Part shown: one piece after another, positions 36,214 to 48,057 of the stretch
How the letters are laid out: every line of letters begins with the position of its first letter
Position numbering within the stretch: the first letter of the stretch is position 1
Origin: a virus
Lineage: Duplodnaviria; Caudoviricetes
Direction: 5' to 3' (one strand)
IMG/VR virus record: IMGVR_UViG_3300021399_000100
DNA length: 64,000 nt
The notes under the pieces: model-generated
Databases searched by the model: none
What the model was told of the DNA's origin: nothing
The model's input: the letters and a program-made list of their open reading frames with translations, nothing else
Made by a program: the position numbers and the translations under genes

Positions 36214-39200
36214 TTATTTCCTTCGGATAATCCATGTGTCACCACCCTGACCATTGATAGTTAGATCAACAGTGACTTTTTGCTTAGGTGCAACAACTGG
36301 AGTTACAGGTGGTTCTGCTGCACGGGTCTCTTTCTGTACATTTTTGTTGTTGCTTCCTGTACTTTGGACGTTATACACTGGGGATGCTACTTGATTATTA
36401 TTGGCATGTCCTGTGTCTATTCTATCGACCGCGCCGACAAGTGCATCTGTGCTGTCTTTGATAGCTTTGACTACTTCTTTAATAGCGCTGCTTCTTTTAG
36501 ATGCGGCTTTGGCCATAGCCTCATATACATTAGATAAAGCATCAGCTTTTTTAACATCCAAATCATTTATAGCTTCTACAGTTCTAGTGATACCGTCTGC
36601 GGTATCTTTGACATTCTCTCCTGTAATAGCAGTATCGCTACTGAGGACACTTGCCAATTTTGTAACAGCGTCTGCACCTGTTGTAACTGCCGCTGCTTTA
36701 GAGGTATCAAATTTCGTGACGTAGTCCATTATAGACTCGAATGACGTTATTTCGTCAGAACTAGGAAGATTCTTCCATCCAGCATTGCAGAAGTCTTTAA
36801 GCGGCTTGACTATATCTTCTAGGCCATCTCCTGCATCTTCTAGAATATCATCTATGTCCTCTACATTAAGTGCGTTGATCAATCCTGTAAACACACCGCC
36901 GACAGCCTGAGTATCTACAGTAAGAGCGTTACCATTTTTATCTTTACCTAGCGATGATATCATTTCCGCACATGATGATATGAACGATGCTAGAGGCATG
37001 ATATGTTGAAGGTTAACTAATCTCGTAGGAACAGTGATCTTATCCCCTCCTATACCTAAGAATCCTCCAGATGATATTTCTGTCATTCCACCTTCTTCAA
37101 ATACAGATATACCAGCATTGACACCTTCCATCAAAGCAACCATTACAGCACTGATACCTGTACCGACGTCTTTGAGATTGAATGGTCTCTTGACCATTTG
37201 TTTCTTCTCTTCATCGTATACAGAAATCTCTCCCTGCATAGTTGCTATCTTAGAGAACTCTGATACGCCAGAAGCTAACGCCCCTATAAATGATGCAAGA
37301 GGCATGAGATGACGGATAGCAGCTATCTGTTTAGGTACTTTAGTTTTAGTTGCTCCTAATCCCAAGAAGCCTCCAGTAGACACGTCTACCATATTGTCTT
37401 CTGTAAAGTCAAAGGCTTTCATAGCGTCACCTATACCCTTAACGACGGATTTGACTACTTCACCTATACCTTCCCCGACTTTAGTGAGATTGAATGGCAT
37501 CTTCTTACCTGTGCTGTCAGCTATCTCACCCTTCATCATGGCAATCTTGGAGAACTCAGATACGCCTACAGCTAGCTTCTGTACAAAGTCACATACCGGC
37601 ATGATAGCTTTGATACTATCACTCAGTTTACCTATATCATCAATATCAGATGTAGCGTCTATCATAGAGGAAACTACACCCTTGACTGTCTTAGAGAAAG
37701 GTGAACTTCCGTCCTCATCTAATTCAAATGCTCCGCTGTTTTGTGACTGTGCCCATGCATCACTTGCACTACTGATAGCCTTAGCTGCAGCGAATACAGT
37801 ACCTGATACGAGAGCTACAGCGGCGGCACCTGGAGCAATAAATGGTAAGGCAAAGCCTGCAGCAGCTATAGCAGCACCCATAGTGCCTACAGCAGCAACA
37901 AGAGCAAGTAATCCATTCACAGTAGACTCAGGATCACTTATAAGACCTTTGCATTCTGTAACTGCTTTATTAAACAGATAAGAAGCACCATATACAGTAC
38001 CTGCTACTAATAATACCGCAACAGCTCCCTTAACAACGCTACCGAGAGCCTTTCCTGTAACTTCTAACAGTTTGGTACCTCCATAAGATACAGCTGCGAT
38101 AACTCCCAATACTCCCAAAGTGTCCCATGTCAACAGATCTTTACCTACTTTAACTGTCTGTGCCAATAGATACGACGTTGCTAAAAATCCAGCAGACATG
38201 ATAACAAGTCCTAGAGTACCCTTTACGTAATCTTTAGTATTTTTAGCAGCTGCTCTGAATACTTTGCCAGATACTTTGACAAACAACCCCGTTGCGAGCA
38301 TACCTAATGAACCTAATAAGAATACTGGTGTGAGTATTATAGCAGACAACGCTGTCAATCCTAACGCGAGGATCCCTAATGTCATGGATAATATGCCTTT
38401 AGTGAATCCTTTGAACTCTTTGCTGCCGACTAGACTATTTATAGGCTTCACAACTAGAGCACCTACTGCTAGCGTGAATAATCCGAGCACAAGAACACAT
38501 GGTATAGCTAATAGTGCGACAGGCGCTGCTATTATAGCCGCACCAGCTGCTAATGTCATGTATAAGATACCCTTAGCCATAGAGCCTATAGCAGAGTAGT
38601 CTTTCTTTTTCTTGTTACCGAACAATTTCTCTACTAAGAAGTTGATACCTGCGACAGCTACTACAAATATAGACATAGGTACTAGTGCAGCGGTTCCTAA
38701 TATAAAGAAAGGTGACGCTACTGTAACGATAATAGCTGATATAGCTAAATCTCGTATACCTCTAGCCATAGCTGATACAGCTTTACCCGTTTCCTCCATC
38801 CTTTTAGAACTGAATAGCTTATCGGCTAAAGAGAACACTAGAGCGGATCCTGTCATAAATAAGCTAATAGGTACTAGCATAGGAAGAGCGAGGGTGGAAG
38901 CCAATCCCCCTATAATAGCGTGTCCTGCTGCATCTTTTATATCGTCAATAGACGAGTTGAGAGCATCTATACCTTTTTTAGACGCTTCTAGATCTTTCTC
39001 TTTGGAGGCTATGGATGCTAATAATTCTACTGCACTTGTTGTGAAGGCTTGTATAGCGGGAAAGGATGCTTTTGCAATATACGCAGAGAACAATGTCTTT
39101 ACACCTACGCTTTCAATACCTTCAGAAAGAGACTGCATGCTGGACGATATATTCTTGGAAGAGTTCACAATATCATCAGATACTCCTCCTATTTCATCAA

Positions 39201-39471
39201 GAGACTCAGAAACGCCTTTAATGCTCTTAGCCAGCATAGAGGCTCCTTGCTCTATCTTATCAGTCTCGCCAGCCAATGCGCCAGCAATCAGTCCTAATGC
39301 GGTATCTGCTCCATTAATGCTTTTGCCATCAGAAACTGTCTTGCATAATTTGTCAATCGAATCACATAATGACCCGACAGTATCAGATGTCTCTCTTTCA
39401 TGAGAATCCAATAACGCATTTATTGAATCTGCTATATTAGATATAGCACCATATAAATCATCGGTAAGCAT
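36214..39471 (-). CDS. tape-measure-like protein
   Basis: Ala/Gly-rich helical protein with many hydrophobic segments and internal repeats (GVSEFSKIA, GGFLG.G). Confidence 0.65.
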   Translation of the reverse strand: MLTDDLYGAISNIADSINALLDSHERETSDTVGSLCDSIDKLCKTVSDGKSINGADTALGLIAGALAGETDKIEQGASMLAKSIKGVSESLDEIGGVSDDIVNSSKNISSSMQSLSEGIESVGVKTLFSAYIAKASFPAIQAFTTSAVELLASIASKEKDLEASKKGIDALNSSIDDIKDAAGHAIIGGLASTLALPMLVPISLFMTGSALVFSLADKLFSSKRMEETGKAVSAMARGIRDLAISAIIVTVASPFFILGTAALVPMSIFVVAVAGINFLVEKLFGNKKKKDYSAIGSMAKGILYMTLAAGAAIIAAPVALLAIPCVLVLGLFTLAVGALVVKPINSLVGSKEFKGFTKGILSMTLGILALGLTALSAIILTPVFLLGSLGMLATGLFVKVSGKVFRAAAKNTKDYVKGTLGLVIMSAGFLATSYLLAQTVKVGKDLLTWDTLGVLGVIAAVSYGGTKLLEVTGKALGSVVKGAVAVLLVAGTVYGASYLFNKAVTECKGLISDPESTVNGLLALVAAVGTMGAAIAAAGFALPFIAPGAAAVALVSGTVFAAAKAISSASDAWAQSQNSGAFELDEDGSSPFSKTVKGVVSSMIDATSDIDDIGKLSDSIKAIMPVCDFVQKLAVGVSEFSKIAMMKGEIADSTGKKMPFNLTKVGEGIGEVVKSVVKGIGDAMKAFDFTEDNMVDVSTGGFLGLGATKTKVPKQIAAIRHLMPLASFIGALASGVSEFSKIATMQGEISVYDEEKKQMVKRPFNLKDVGTGISAVMVALMEGVNAGISVFEEGGMTEISSGGFLGIGGDKITVPTRLVNLQHIMPLASFISSCAEMISSLGKDKNGNALTVDTQAVGGVFTGLINALNVEDIDDILEDAGDGLEDIVKPLKDFCNAGWKNLPSSDEITSFESIMDYVTKFDTSKAAAVTTGADAVTKLASVLSSDTAITGENVKDTADGITRTVEAINDLDVKKADALSNVYEAMAKAASKRSSAIKEVVKAIKDSTDALVGAVDRIDTGHANNNQVASPVYNVQSTGSNNKNVQKETRAAEPPVTPVVAPKQKVTVDLTINGQGGDTWIIRRK

Positions 39472-39480
39472 GCCTGACTA

Positions 39481-40266
39481 TTATTCATATATGATATTTA
39501 TTATTTTATCACTGTCAATATCTGGGTCTATTTTTACTACTCCAGTTCTATTAGACATGTTGAAAGGTTCATATACCTGATACCATTCTTGCATGTATGG
39601 GCTATCCTGACGTATATATTTAGATAGCTCTTTCATAAAGTCTAATACAGTGATGCCGTCAACATCTTCGTGTGCAACTGTATGTCTGAGTCTGTCTAGC
39701 ATCCTGTTAGCTTTTCTAAATATAGAATTGAGCTCTTGAGGACATTCGTTTTTTGCTAGCTGATTATATTTCAACGTACATACTTTCTCATTGATAATTC
39801 TAGACAGTATATATTTATATTCAGTCTTTTCTGCTTCGTGGCCATCCGACCAATCAGACAGTCTGTCAGAATATGCAGTTATGCTATATTCATACGCATC
39901 TACACTGCTTCGCATTTTAGCTACACACCCGTTTATTCTGACGATATGATTCACCACTACGAAAGGCAATGGCTGCACGACTGATCTCTCAGCTGCTGTT
40001 CCCTGTTCACCTAGCCATAAATTAAAAAATCCCCTTTCTCTCTGGAATGGATTACACCTGGCTTCTACTGCTTTATCTACATCTGGTGTGATAGCATATC
40101 CTTTATCTTCTATGCAACGTTTCACTATACTCTTATATTGTCTATTATAACCTGATAGCAAATCATCTATGTATCCTTCTACGTTGTCCCATTTTATTAC
40201 ATTAAATTTCGTACCCTTATCTGTTCTCATCTCAACGCTGAACGACTCGAATGTTATTCCTAGCAT
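39481..40266 (-). CDS. hypothetical protein
   Basis: ORF track; start uncertain. Confidence 0.65.
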   Translation of the reverse strand: MLGITFESFSVEMRTDKGTKFNVIKWDNVEGYIDDLLSGYNRQYKSIVKRCIEDKGYAITPDVDKAVEARCNPFQRERGFFNLWLGEQGTAAERSVVQPLPFVVVNHIVRINGCVAKMRSSVDAYEYSITAYSDRLSDWSDGHEAEKTEYKYILSRIINEKVCTLKYNQLAKNECPQELNSIFRKANRMLDRLRHTVAHEDVDGITVLDFMKELSKYIRQDSPYMQEWYQVYEPFNMSNRTGVVKIDPDIDSDKIINIIYE

Positions 40267-40442
40267 CAAAGAATAATAATTCAAGAGTTCATATATGAAT
40301 ATAAGGCCATAAACGTCCATAGATAATAGTTCGTGAATATACGTTATTTACTGGAGGGCACGAATATAAACAAGAAAAGAGATGCGGTGACATCTCTTTT
40401 CTAATGGTACATTACATTATATTATGTTATATTATACACAAG

Positions 40443-41081
40443 TTACTTAATAGGTACAACGAATATAGTAGAGTCGTTCGTAACATAAGGATTCTGTTCT
40501 ATCGTTGTGATTGACATAGTCTTTACTTTCTTCTGAAACAGTCTTCCTAGCCATGTCTTTCTAGGCTTGTTGATAGGCTCTTTCTTTTCTAATGCTACTA
40601 AAGTCAGGTCGCTTTCAAAATGTGCAGATAATGCTATCAGGTTAGAATCTACACGATCCACGCAAATATTATACCATCTAACATCACCTATGCACGTATC
40701 TTTATAGCCATCTAAAGCACCTATGCTATCGTTACTATCTTTGCTGGGATAGATATATAATGGTATTCTGATGGTGTCTTTTATATCTGCATGAGATTTG
40801 CGTCCATATAATGATTGGAGTTGTTTATCTTTGACGCGAAGTTCTTTTCTTATAGAATCCATCTCGTGAATCTGCTTGTTTTTGATTCTGTCGAGGTCAT
40901 CTATATGAAGTCTCAATGCGTACACTTTGTTCGACTCAGTATTATACATTTCAACTGAGGCTATTCTATTCTGTTCAGCCATCTTAACCTCTTCACGTAA
41001 TTCAGAAACATATGATACCATAAAGGATATCAATGCTATCAGTGCGGCTATGCCTGCAATTTTTAATACTATATTTCTCAT
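40443..41081 (-). CDS. membrane-anchored coiled-coil protein, spanin-like
   Basis: N-terminal TM, coiled coil, DT-rich segment, W..RLFQKK...NPY C-terminus. Confidence 0.55.
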   Translation of the reverse strand: MRNIVLKIAGIAALIALISFMVSYVSELREEVKMAEQNRIASVEMYNTESNKVYALRLHIDDLDRIKNKQIHEMDSIRKELRVKDKQLQSLYGRKSHADIKDTIRIPLYIYPSKDSNDSIGALDGYKDTCIGDVRWYNICVDRVDSNLIALSAHFESDLTLVALEKKEPINKPRKTWLGRLFQKKVKTMSITTIEQNPYVTNDSTIFVVPIK

Positions 41082-41266
41082 ATTCTTTTGACTTTACCGA
41101 ATATCAATTTTACTTTTTTGTTATATTTACTATCGCTATCGCTTTCATTTTCACTTTCGTTTTCATTTTCATCAGAATGCTCTGATGTGGCAATTTTGTT
41201 CTTAGTAATAGCTCTGCGTCCAAATTGCCATAATTTATACACAGAGCATTTCAAGCACTTTCCCAT
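41078..41266 (-). CDS. small hypothetical protein
   Basis: Overlaps both neighbours in an operon. Confidence 0.5.
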   Translation of the reverse strand: MGKCLKCSVYKLWQFGRRAITKNKIATSEHSDENENESENESDSDSKYNKKVKLIFGKVKRI

Positions 41267-44200
41267 TAGCGTCTTAGTGACATATTATATGTAATAAATA
41301 TACCTTTCTTAGGAACATTCTTATACTCTTGTTCATAATTCTTCTTGACATCATAGTTTAACAACGAACTCTTAGGGCTCTTTTGAGCATATATTTCAAA
41401 TTCGTCAGTACTGTCAACTTTATATACGTTGAGTTCATACTCATACAAATGGAACATATATTTATCAACGTACATAATATAATCGTTATCTTTTAATAGC
41501 GGTGAGGATGGACCCCTGAATGAAAGATCTAGTCTCTTGCTCACATCAGTCAATATGCGTCTTAGCTTCTCCCCATACATGATGGATGGGTAGAACTTTA
41601 TGTCGACAGATGATCTATTCACTTTAACATTGATCCATTTACCCTCTTTGACGTACAATCTAGAAGCCAATATAGAATCTAATCTATTCGTGTTCTTGAT
41701 AACAGTATGTTCGCCTATATATGTTTTATCATATACAACGAGACTCTTGAAACGTTGAGTCCTGTAATTTAACGAAGGTGTCAGATTGTTGATGTTGTAC
41801 CCTTCTAATGGAACACGTAGAAGCTGACCATCATCAAAAATGTTCTCATTAGAAATTTTATGGTTTACTTCATTCGTATCATTATTGTAGATTGTTACTA
41901 ATTGTTTATATAACCTACCAGTAGGGTCTTCTGCCTTTAATCTAATATATGGTTCTTTAACTACATCATTGTCAACGATATCATAGGTGAACATCTGATT
42001 ACTTGATGGATAGCACTGTAATGATATTGCATTAGTAATAGCAGAATTCAACTCTCCAGATTTGGTCTGTATGAATGTATCTTTATTAGACTTATACTCA
42101 GATATTCCCTGTTGAGAAGACATCACCGCGTTGAAATAATAATATGCACTGCTATATTCTAATACGTTTCTTGCAGCTGCTATATATCCTTCGTTAGACG
42201 ATATTCTGCTAGGAATGACTGTTTCTATTACAACAGCGACGAAGGAATATTTATCTTCTCTCAATACGTCGTTATATATGTCTCTGACGTATCTGTTGTA
42301 TGAATCATCAAATGGTATCATCATAGCATCAACCGCAGTAGATACTCCATCTATAGTGATCATAGTATTAGGAGTATACATACTGATGAGCCTTTGAGTG
42401 ATACCAGATTCGTTCATCTTAGCCAGTGCTTGTGGGTGAACAAATTCATCTGCAGCATATGTTGTATAGAAATATCCTAATGGGTATTTCTTGTCTTCAT
42501 CATTTTTATCAAAGAATACTACTTTGCTAGGGTATATTTTAGATCCATCGTTACCTAAAATTACTCCATAACCTAGCATAGCTATATCTATATGCGTACC
42601 TGTTGCTATAGCACGGGCGGCTATTTTTGCAGGATAAGAATCATCATATGGCTGGCCATCAGAGTCTACTAGATTATCATGTAAATCGTTCTCTAGATCA
42701 AAATCAGCAATATAATTTATACATACAGCAGTCAGCTTACTAGTATTGTTATGTTTATATACATAGTCTCCCTCTAAATCAGCAGTACTTTGTATATATC
42801 TGATATCGAATGCTTCTATACTGTCTATATATTTAGGCCCATCGTGTTCTGGCTCAGGGATACTTGCGCCTATATATGCTAGGTAGTTTCTCTCGAAGTT
42901 ACCAAACATCGTTGCATCTTTATATACATCGCTACCTGCTACGCCCATAGAAAATGGCATGATTACAGGAATGTCGACGAATGTAGCTATAATGATCTGC
43001 TTAGCTTTATCGTTTCGAATTATTCTCGTAAGAGACTTAGGGTATACATTAGTATCTTCTTGCAGCCTTAACGTAAATCTTTGACATGGTATTATGATAG
43101 ACTTATATACATATTCTGATGTATTGATGTCAACTTTGAAAGGGACACCATAAAGCATACAGAATAATTCATCATCATAAAGCACTGGATATACTCCCAT
43201 TGTAATGTCATCTAGGATTTTAGCATCACAGTCGTCAAGATAATCCGTAAAGAATTTAGACATACTGTTTATAGATATATCTAGCATCCTATTACCTACA
43301 GCTTCTAGTAAAAGCTGCTGCTGGCTTTCTGTCAATATCTGTCCGTCGTCTCCTTTGATGATCTCTGTATCTTTTACATTTTCCCTGAATCTAGAAGCAA
43401 CGCAATCCTCTCCCTCTAGATAATCAAAGATGAGCAATGGAGCATGTTTAGTATCATCGTCATACCAGCACATGCACTTCATAACCATACGGACAAAATC
43501 AACACGGTGGCTAACATACCAAGGGTATTCGCTAAAGCAACTGTCGAATAAATACGAAATGTATTCGTCTTCCATAGTTCTCGAGCTGAAATGTGTGCTC
43601 TTGAAGTATATGTCATTGTCTCTTCTGATACTACTATTATATAATATCTGGCCGTATGACCATCCATCTGCAGACACTGCAGCAGAATACACATCTATAA
43701 GCCCAGTAGGACGAGCTACTGATGGTATGAGATTCTCTCCATGTTTATTTATAGATGAATAATCGCACCAGGCTATTCTAGTCTTGATATCTATTGGCTT
43801 ATCGTCAGTCATATCATAAACATCGTCGTCCATGATAGTACGTATATCAACGAAATCCGCTACGGGTACATGCTCAATGTTGCAGAGGAGAGTTCTTTTC
43901 ATTGTGTAGAGGCTCAGCGTATTGCCCGCGATAGTCCCTCCTTCTATATAATACGGAACGTCTTGATATGTGTTTCCTGTTCTGACATAATAGAACTCAT
44001 AATCACTGAAGCATTCATGTATATGATCATGTGCATATGTATTACCTACATCATGCAGTTCAACATATTTGCGTTTGGCTTCAGATATTAAATCTGCATC
44101 AGACCCCCTTACGATTTTAGCATAAGTATCTTTTCCAGTAAAGAAATATCTATATTGCTTTCTATATCCAATAGTTTCCTGAGGAGTAATATCCTCATTA

Positions 44201-45657
44201 TAATAGATTCCTATTAGATTCAATCTACTAGTCTTTGTAAAGGATAACTCATTGAAATTGATGACGTTATCTCCACGTGCAGTTACTGCTATTATATTAC
44301 TGCCTGTAGAATAAGTAACAATAAAGTATGGAGACAGTAAAGAACGGAACTTCGCTATCTGTTCATCCATTCGGGTATTGAGGGCTATTACATTAGTATT
44401 GTCCTCGTCGCCATATTCTCTAACCCATTTGATATATATGTCAGATGTTGCATTAACATATCTGACGAACATATCATTCAGCTTCATATGTATAGCTAAT
44501 GTACATTCAGACACTGGCCATTCGAATGACATAGACGGCAGCTTTTCTGCATAGCTGTCTATAGTATATGTCGTTCTGTTCACATCGACATACTTTCTAG
44601 CGTATGCTTTTTCTCCATGCTCGTCTACAGTTCTAGTGTTGTATTTGACATCTGCGCCGTTCTCACTATCAAATACAATAGCCTCGTAGCCTTTATCATG
44701 ATGCTTCAAAAGAACTCTGTCTGCCCCTATTAGCGGCTGAGGCTTCGTTTTGTCAAACTGAATGCGGTTATTATTAGTATCGTTCTCTGGAGTATATATG
44801 AAAATATTCTCTCTGTTATCACCTTCGCCTCCCCATGCATCTTCTATAGTGATATATCCATCAGGAACCTCATGAGTTTTAATAGGAGATACATTGGCAT
44901 AACGTCCCCAGTACACATATGCTGTAGTGTCTTTTACATCAGTGAGCTCTTCTGTAATGTTCCAATCCTCTTTATGTTCAAAGATTTTATCATCTTTGAT
45001 GACAAAGGAAAGATTTATTATATTATTGTATATTAATCTTTTATCTTTATATGATTGATATATCAGATCCTCTGTTGCAGATTCATCCTTAGGAATGTTA
45101 TCAGAATACACATCGGCTTTGACGAATTGACCAGTAGATATATCTATGCCTTTAATGTGTCTATTGTTGCCATGAATGTATGCATATGCATAATTCTTGG
45201 GCTGAATGTATTCAGATATATTATCGCTATGCAAGTCAATAACAGCGACGATCTCATCCTTCGCTTCAGATTCCTTACAGAACATGTCTTTTCTATATAG
45301 TATAAAGACATCAGGGATCTGCTCATCGGTCTTTAATATAATCGGAGCGAAGCACCTCAATTTGTTATCCTCAACACGAATGACTCTAGCGCGGTATTTT
45401 ACCGAATCTAATGAATCATATGCTTCTGACGACCCTACAGTGCTGTCAGATATGCTATATACATCAGGGTATGACTTGATCTTATATTTAGAAAACATTT
45501 CTGCAACGTCCATCATAAGAGAACCTTGCATATTAGATGCCATAGTGATACCTGGACGGTCATAATCTAAAACGTCCAGATATACTTTATTTTGTGTAGT
45601 GTCTATGACAACTGTATAGTTGCCTGCTAATTCGTGCGTAGATACTAGTTGCTTCAT
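41266..45657 (-). CDS. large hypothetical virion/baseplate protein (1463 aa)
   Basis: ORF size and late-operon context. Confidence 0.65.
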   Translation of the reverse strand: MKQLVSTHELAGNYTVVIDTTQNKVYLDVLDYDRPGITMASNMQGSLMMDVAEMFSKYKIKSYPDVYSISDSTVGSSEAYDSLDSVKYRARVIRVEDNKLRCFAPIILKTDEQIPDVFILYRKDMFCKESEAKDEIVAVIDLHSDNISEYIQPKNYAYAYIHGNNRHIKGIDISTGQFVKADVYSDNIPKDESATEDLIYQSYKDKRLIYNNIINLSFVIKDDKIFEHKEDWNITEELTDVKDTTAYVYWGRYANVSPIKTHEVPDGYITIEDAWGGEGDNRENIFIYTPENDTNNNRIQFDKTKPQPLIGADRVLLKHHDKGYEAIVFDSENGADVKYNTRTVDEHGEKAYARKYVDVNRTTYTIDSYAEKLPSMSFEWPVSECTLAIHMKLNDMFVRYVNATSDIYIKWVREYGDEDNTNVIALNTRMDEQIAKFRSLLSPYFIVTYSTGSNIIAVTARGDNVINFNELSFTKTSRLNLIGIYYNEDITPQETIGYRKQYRYFFTGKDTYAKIVRGSDADLISEAKRKYVELHDVGNTYAHDHIHECFSDYEFYYVRTGNTYQDVPYYIEGGTIAGNTLSLYTMKRTLLCNIEHVPVADFVDIRTIMDDDVYDMTDDKPIDIKTRIAWCDYSSINKHGENLIPSVARPTGLIDVYSAAVSADGWSYGQILYNSSIRRDNDIYFKSTHFSSRTMEDEYISYLFDSCFSEYPWYVSHRVDFVRMVMKCMCWYDDDTKHAPLLIFDYLEGEDCVASRFRENVKDTEIIKGDDGQILTESQQQLLLEAVGNRMLDISINSMSKFFTDYLDDCDAKILDDITMGVYPVLYDDELFCMLYGVPFKVDINTSEYVYKSIIIPCQRFTLRLQEDTNVYPKSLTRIIRNDKAKQIIIATFVDIPVIMPFSMGVAGSDVYKDATMFGNFERNYLAYIGASIPEPEHDGPKYIDSIEAFDIRYIQSTADLEGDYVYKHNNTSKLTAVCINYIADFDLENDLHDNLVDSDGQPYDDSYPAKIAARAIATGTHIDIAMLGYGVILGNDGSKIYPSKVVFFDKNDEDKKYPLGYFYTTYAADEFVHPQALAKMNESGITQRLISMYTPNTMITIDGVSTAVDAMMIPFDDSYNRYVRDIYNDVLREDKYSFVAVVIETVIPSRISSNEGYIAAARNVLEYSSAYYYFNAVMSSQQGISEYKSNKDTFIQTKSGELNSAITNAISLQCYPSSNQMFTYDIVDNDVVKEPYIRLKAEDPTGRLYKQLVTIYNNDTNEVNHKISNENIFDDGQLLRVPLEGYNINNLTPSLNYRTQRFKSLVVYDKTYIGEHTVIKNTNRLDSILASRLYVKEGKWINVKVNRSSVDIKFYPSIMYGEKLRRILTDVSKRLDLSFRGPSSPLLKDNDYIMYVDKYMFHLYEYELNVYKVDSTDEFEIYAQKSPKSSLLNYDVKKNYEQEYKNVPKKGIFITYNMSLRR

Positions 45658-45659
45658 TG

Positions 45660-47009
45660 TTATTGCAAAGTGTTGATATTAAGAACAAATGAAATGTCTA
45701 CGAATATCTTGTTATTATTATAATCAGTGACAATAGATTCTCCTGGAACTTCATAAGACCTCAAATATATATTCATAGAGGTATCTGTGAAGGAGACCAT
45801 GATATTTCTTAATCCTAAATCTCGTACAGTGCTGCCATAAAATTCGATATGTTCAGGACCATAAGAGTTTATAACATGGCCCATAATAATATCTGAGTCG
45901 CCGAGTTCTATCTGAGAGGCCGTCACATCTCCATTATAAGGGATGCTGATATAACTGCTTATAGCCCCTGCTTGCGTTCTTTCGATTAAAGCGCAATCTA
46001 TAACGCCCTTGAGATTTATGACGTTCCCTTCTATGCCTACTGTAAGAGAAGTTTGACCATCCTTAACATATGCTGTCCCGTTTACAAATGCATACTTGGG
46101 TTCTCTGTCAAACTTATCTTTATAGGCTATCACTTTAACAGCGCCATCATTATTATCTATAGGTGTAACTGATGATGATATAGTTGTACCTTTTACATAT
46201 AGGTATGGTGATATTGTTCTGCGATCTTTTCGGAGAATGTAATCCATGAACAAATGAGGCAGATTCTCACCTGCAGACTCATCTACACTTATCGTAGAAT
46301 CATGTATCTGGCCGATATAAAGGCCGGAACGCCCAAAGTCTTGATATCGCTCTCTGTAAGTTGCAGACACTACATAGTTATATGCGTCTGTTTTATTACG
46401 GTTCAAGAATGATATAGAACCATCATTGAATAACGTCATCGGCGCCGTAGCTAGCGGATCATAGAATTTATCGTATCGATTATCGCCACACAAGACAACA
46501 GTCTTTCTATTACGCGGTGTAATACCACTTCCAGATGCATATGTATTACCCTCCCAGAACGATTCTGTCTGTGTCTGTATCTGTTGCTGTTCCGCTGCTT
46601 TTGCAATGATATAGTTCATATCAGAACCAGCGTTTTCTTGTGTCCATACAAAGATGTTTTCAACCAGGCGAGAGTCATTCTCGCCGCGGTACACTTTGAA
46701 TAAGCCATATCTGTTTACGAATAAATCAGCCCCAGCAACAGAAGCATTCGTCTGTTCAACTTCTTGAGATATAACATAGTTACGTATGGATTCTTCGTCG
46801 CTATAGTCTTGGCTGTTCCCATATATACAGAAGCCTAGATCTCCTTGTGGGCCAGGATTTCCGGGCAGGCCCTGCTCACCAGGAGCTCCACCCCCGAAGA
46901 CCATAAGCTGGTCCATATTGAAATTGAATATCTTTTTTATTTCGTCAAGAGAACTGCTGTTAGAAATCTTAGCTAGCTTCAGTACTCCATTAGTCATGCC
47001 ATTACTCAT
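45660..47009 (-). CDS. virion protein with a short collagen-like repeat
   Basis: NFNMDQL...GGGAPGEQGLPGNPGPQGDLG. Confidence 0.65.
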   Translation of the reverse strand: MSNGMTNGVLKLAKISNSSSLDEIKKIFNFNMDQLMVFGGGAPGEQGLPGNPGPQGDLGFCIYGNSQDYSDEESIRNYVISQEVEQTNASVAGADLFVNRYGLFKVYRGENDSRLVENIFVWTQENAGSDMNYIIAKAAEQQQIQTQTESFWEGNTYASGSGITPRNRKTVVLCGDNRYDKFYDPLATAPMTLFNDGSISFLNRNKTDAYNYVVSATYRERYQDFGRSGLYIGQIHDSTISVDESAGENLPHLFMDYILRKDRRTISPYLYVKGTTISSSVTPIDNNDGAVKVIAYKDKFDREPKYAFVNGTAYVKDGQTSLTVGIEGNVINLKGVIDCALIERTQAGAISSYISIPYNGDVTASQIELGDSDIIMGHVINSYGPEHIEFYGSTVRDLGLRNIMVSFTDTSMNIYLRSYEVPGESIVTDYNNNKIFVDISFVLNINTLQ

Positions 47010-47038
47010 ATAGTTATACTATATCTATATATATTGAT

Positions 47039-48052
47039 TTACTTTTTTGCAAATGATGCGTCCAATTTCAGATAAAATGCATATTTGTCTCCGACCAAAG
47101 ATCTTTCAGTACATGATACTGTTATAGATAATTGAGCCATTTTTATATTATCTACTGGATGAGGATTAGTATCTGCTTCATTATTTGCATATACTGTCCC
47201 GTTCGGATTATTAATAGAGACTATTCTGATGTTTTCTATTAAAAATCCCTCATCGTGTCCATTCCCAGAATGCTCGTCTCGAACAACTATTATATTATTA
47301 TCTCCAATACTGTCAATAACCGCGGCATAATAAAATGTACGGTATGTGAAGACAAAGTGCGCCCCTATAAGAGTAGCTACATTTCCAAAAATCATGACGG
47401 ATGGAGATGCCGTAGTGGCAGATGAAAATTTTGTTATTATCTGCGAAGCACCAAATACTGGTGAATATACACTTCTGCCATTTGCATCATCTATTCTAGG
47501 TGGAAGAATTTCATGATACATAGATTTGTGCAGATAATAATATTCTTTTTCTGTATTTGATACCCAAGGTACATGTGATGGATAGAAATGACGTTTATTG
47601 AAATACCCGTCGATTTTCAACTCAGACATAGAAGCATATTGCAAAGCATCTTCTATTGTGACGTCTGTAGTACCCATAATATTAGCCAATATAGAGCCTT
47701 CTGTCGGATATTTAGGAACTATAGAATCTGCACGGAAGTCTATTTCTGCCATGCACACGAGTTCGTAGCTAGAAATTTCAGTTGATTTATCATAAGGGTC
47801 TTCTATTATTTTATCAACGTGATACTTTGCTATCGCACGTGAATAAACAGTGGACCCTCCAACGTTCGCAACAACTTCTGCCCATATCAAGCTATATAAT
47901 TTCGTACTAGTGTTATAAGTGCATGATTTACAATAGTATAAGGTTTCATTCTGGACAGCTAAACTACCCAGAACAACAGGAACTCTTGAAGAAACTACTC
48001 CTGTCAGATCCTTGCCTTGTGGCTTATATATTCTACCTTCAAAAAAGTTCAT
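47039..48052 (-). CDS. hypothetical protein
   Basis: ORF track. Confidence 0.7.
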   Translation of the reverse strand: MNFFEGRIYKPQGKDLTGVVSSRVPVVLGSLAVQNETLYYCKSCTYNTSTKLYSLIWAEVVANVGGSTVYSRAIAKYHVDKIIEDPYDKSTEISSYELVCMAEIDFRADSIVPKYPTEGSILANIMGTTDVTIEDALQYASMSELKIDGYFNKRHFYPSHVPWVSNTEKEYYYLHKSMYHEILPPRIDDANGRSVYSPVFGASQIITKFSSATTASPSVMIFGNVATLIGAHFVFTYRTFYYAAVIDSIGDNNIIVVRDEHSGNGHDEGFLIENIRIVSINNPNGTVYANNEADTNPHPVDNIKMAQLSITVSCTERSLVGDKYAFYLKLDASFAKK

Positions 48053-48057
48053 GTCCT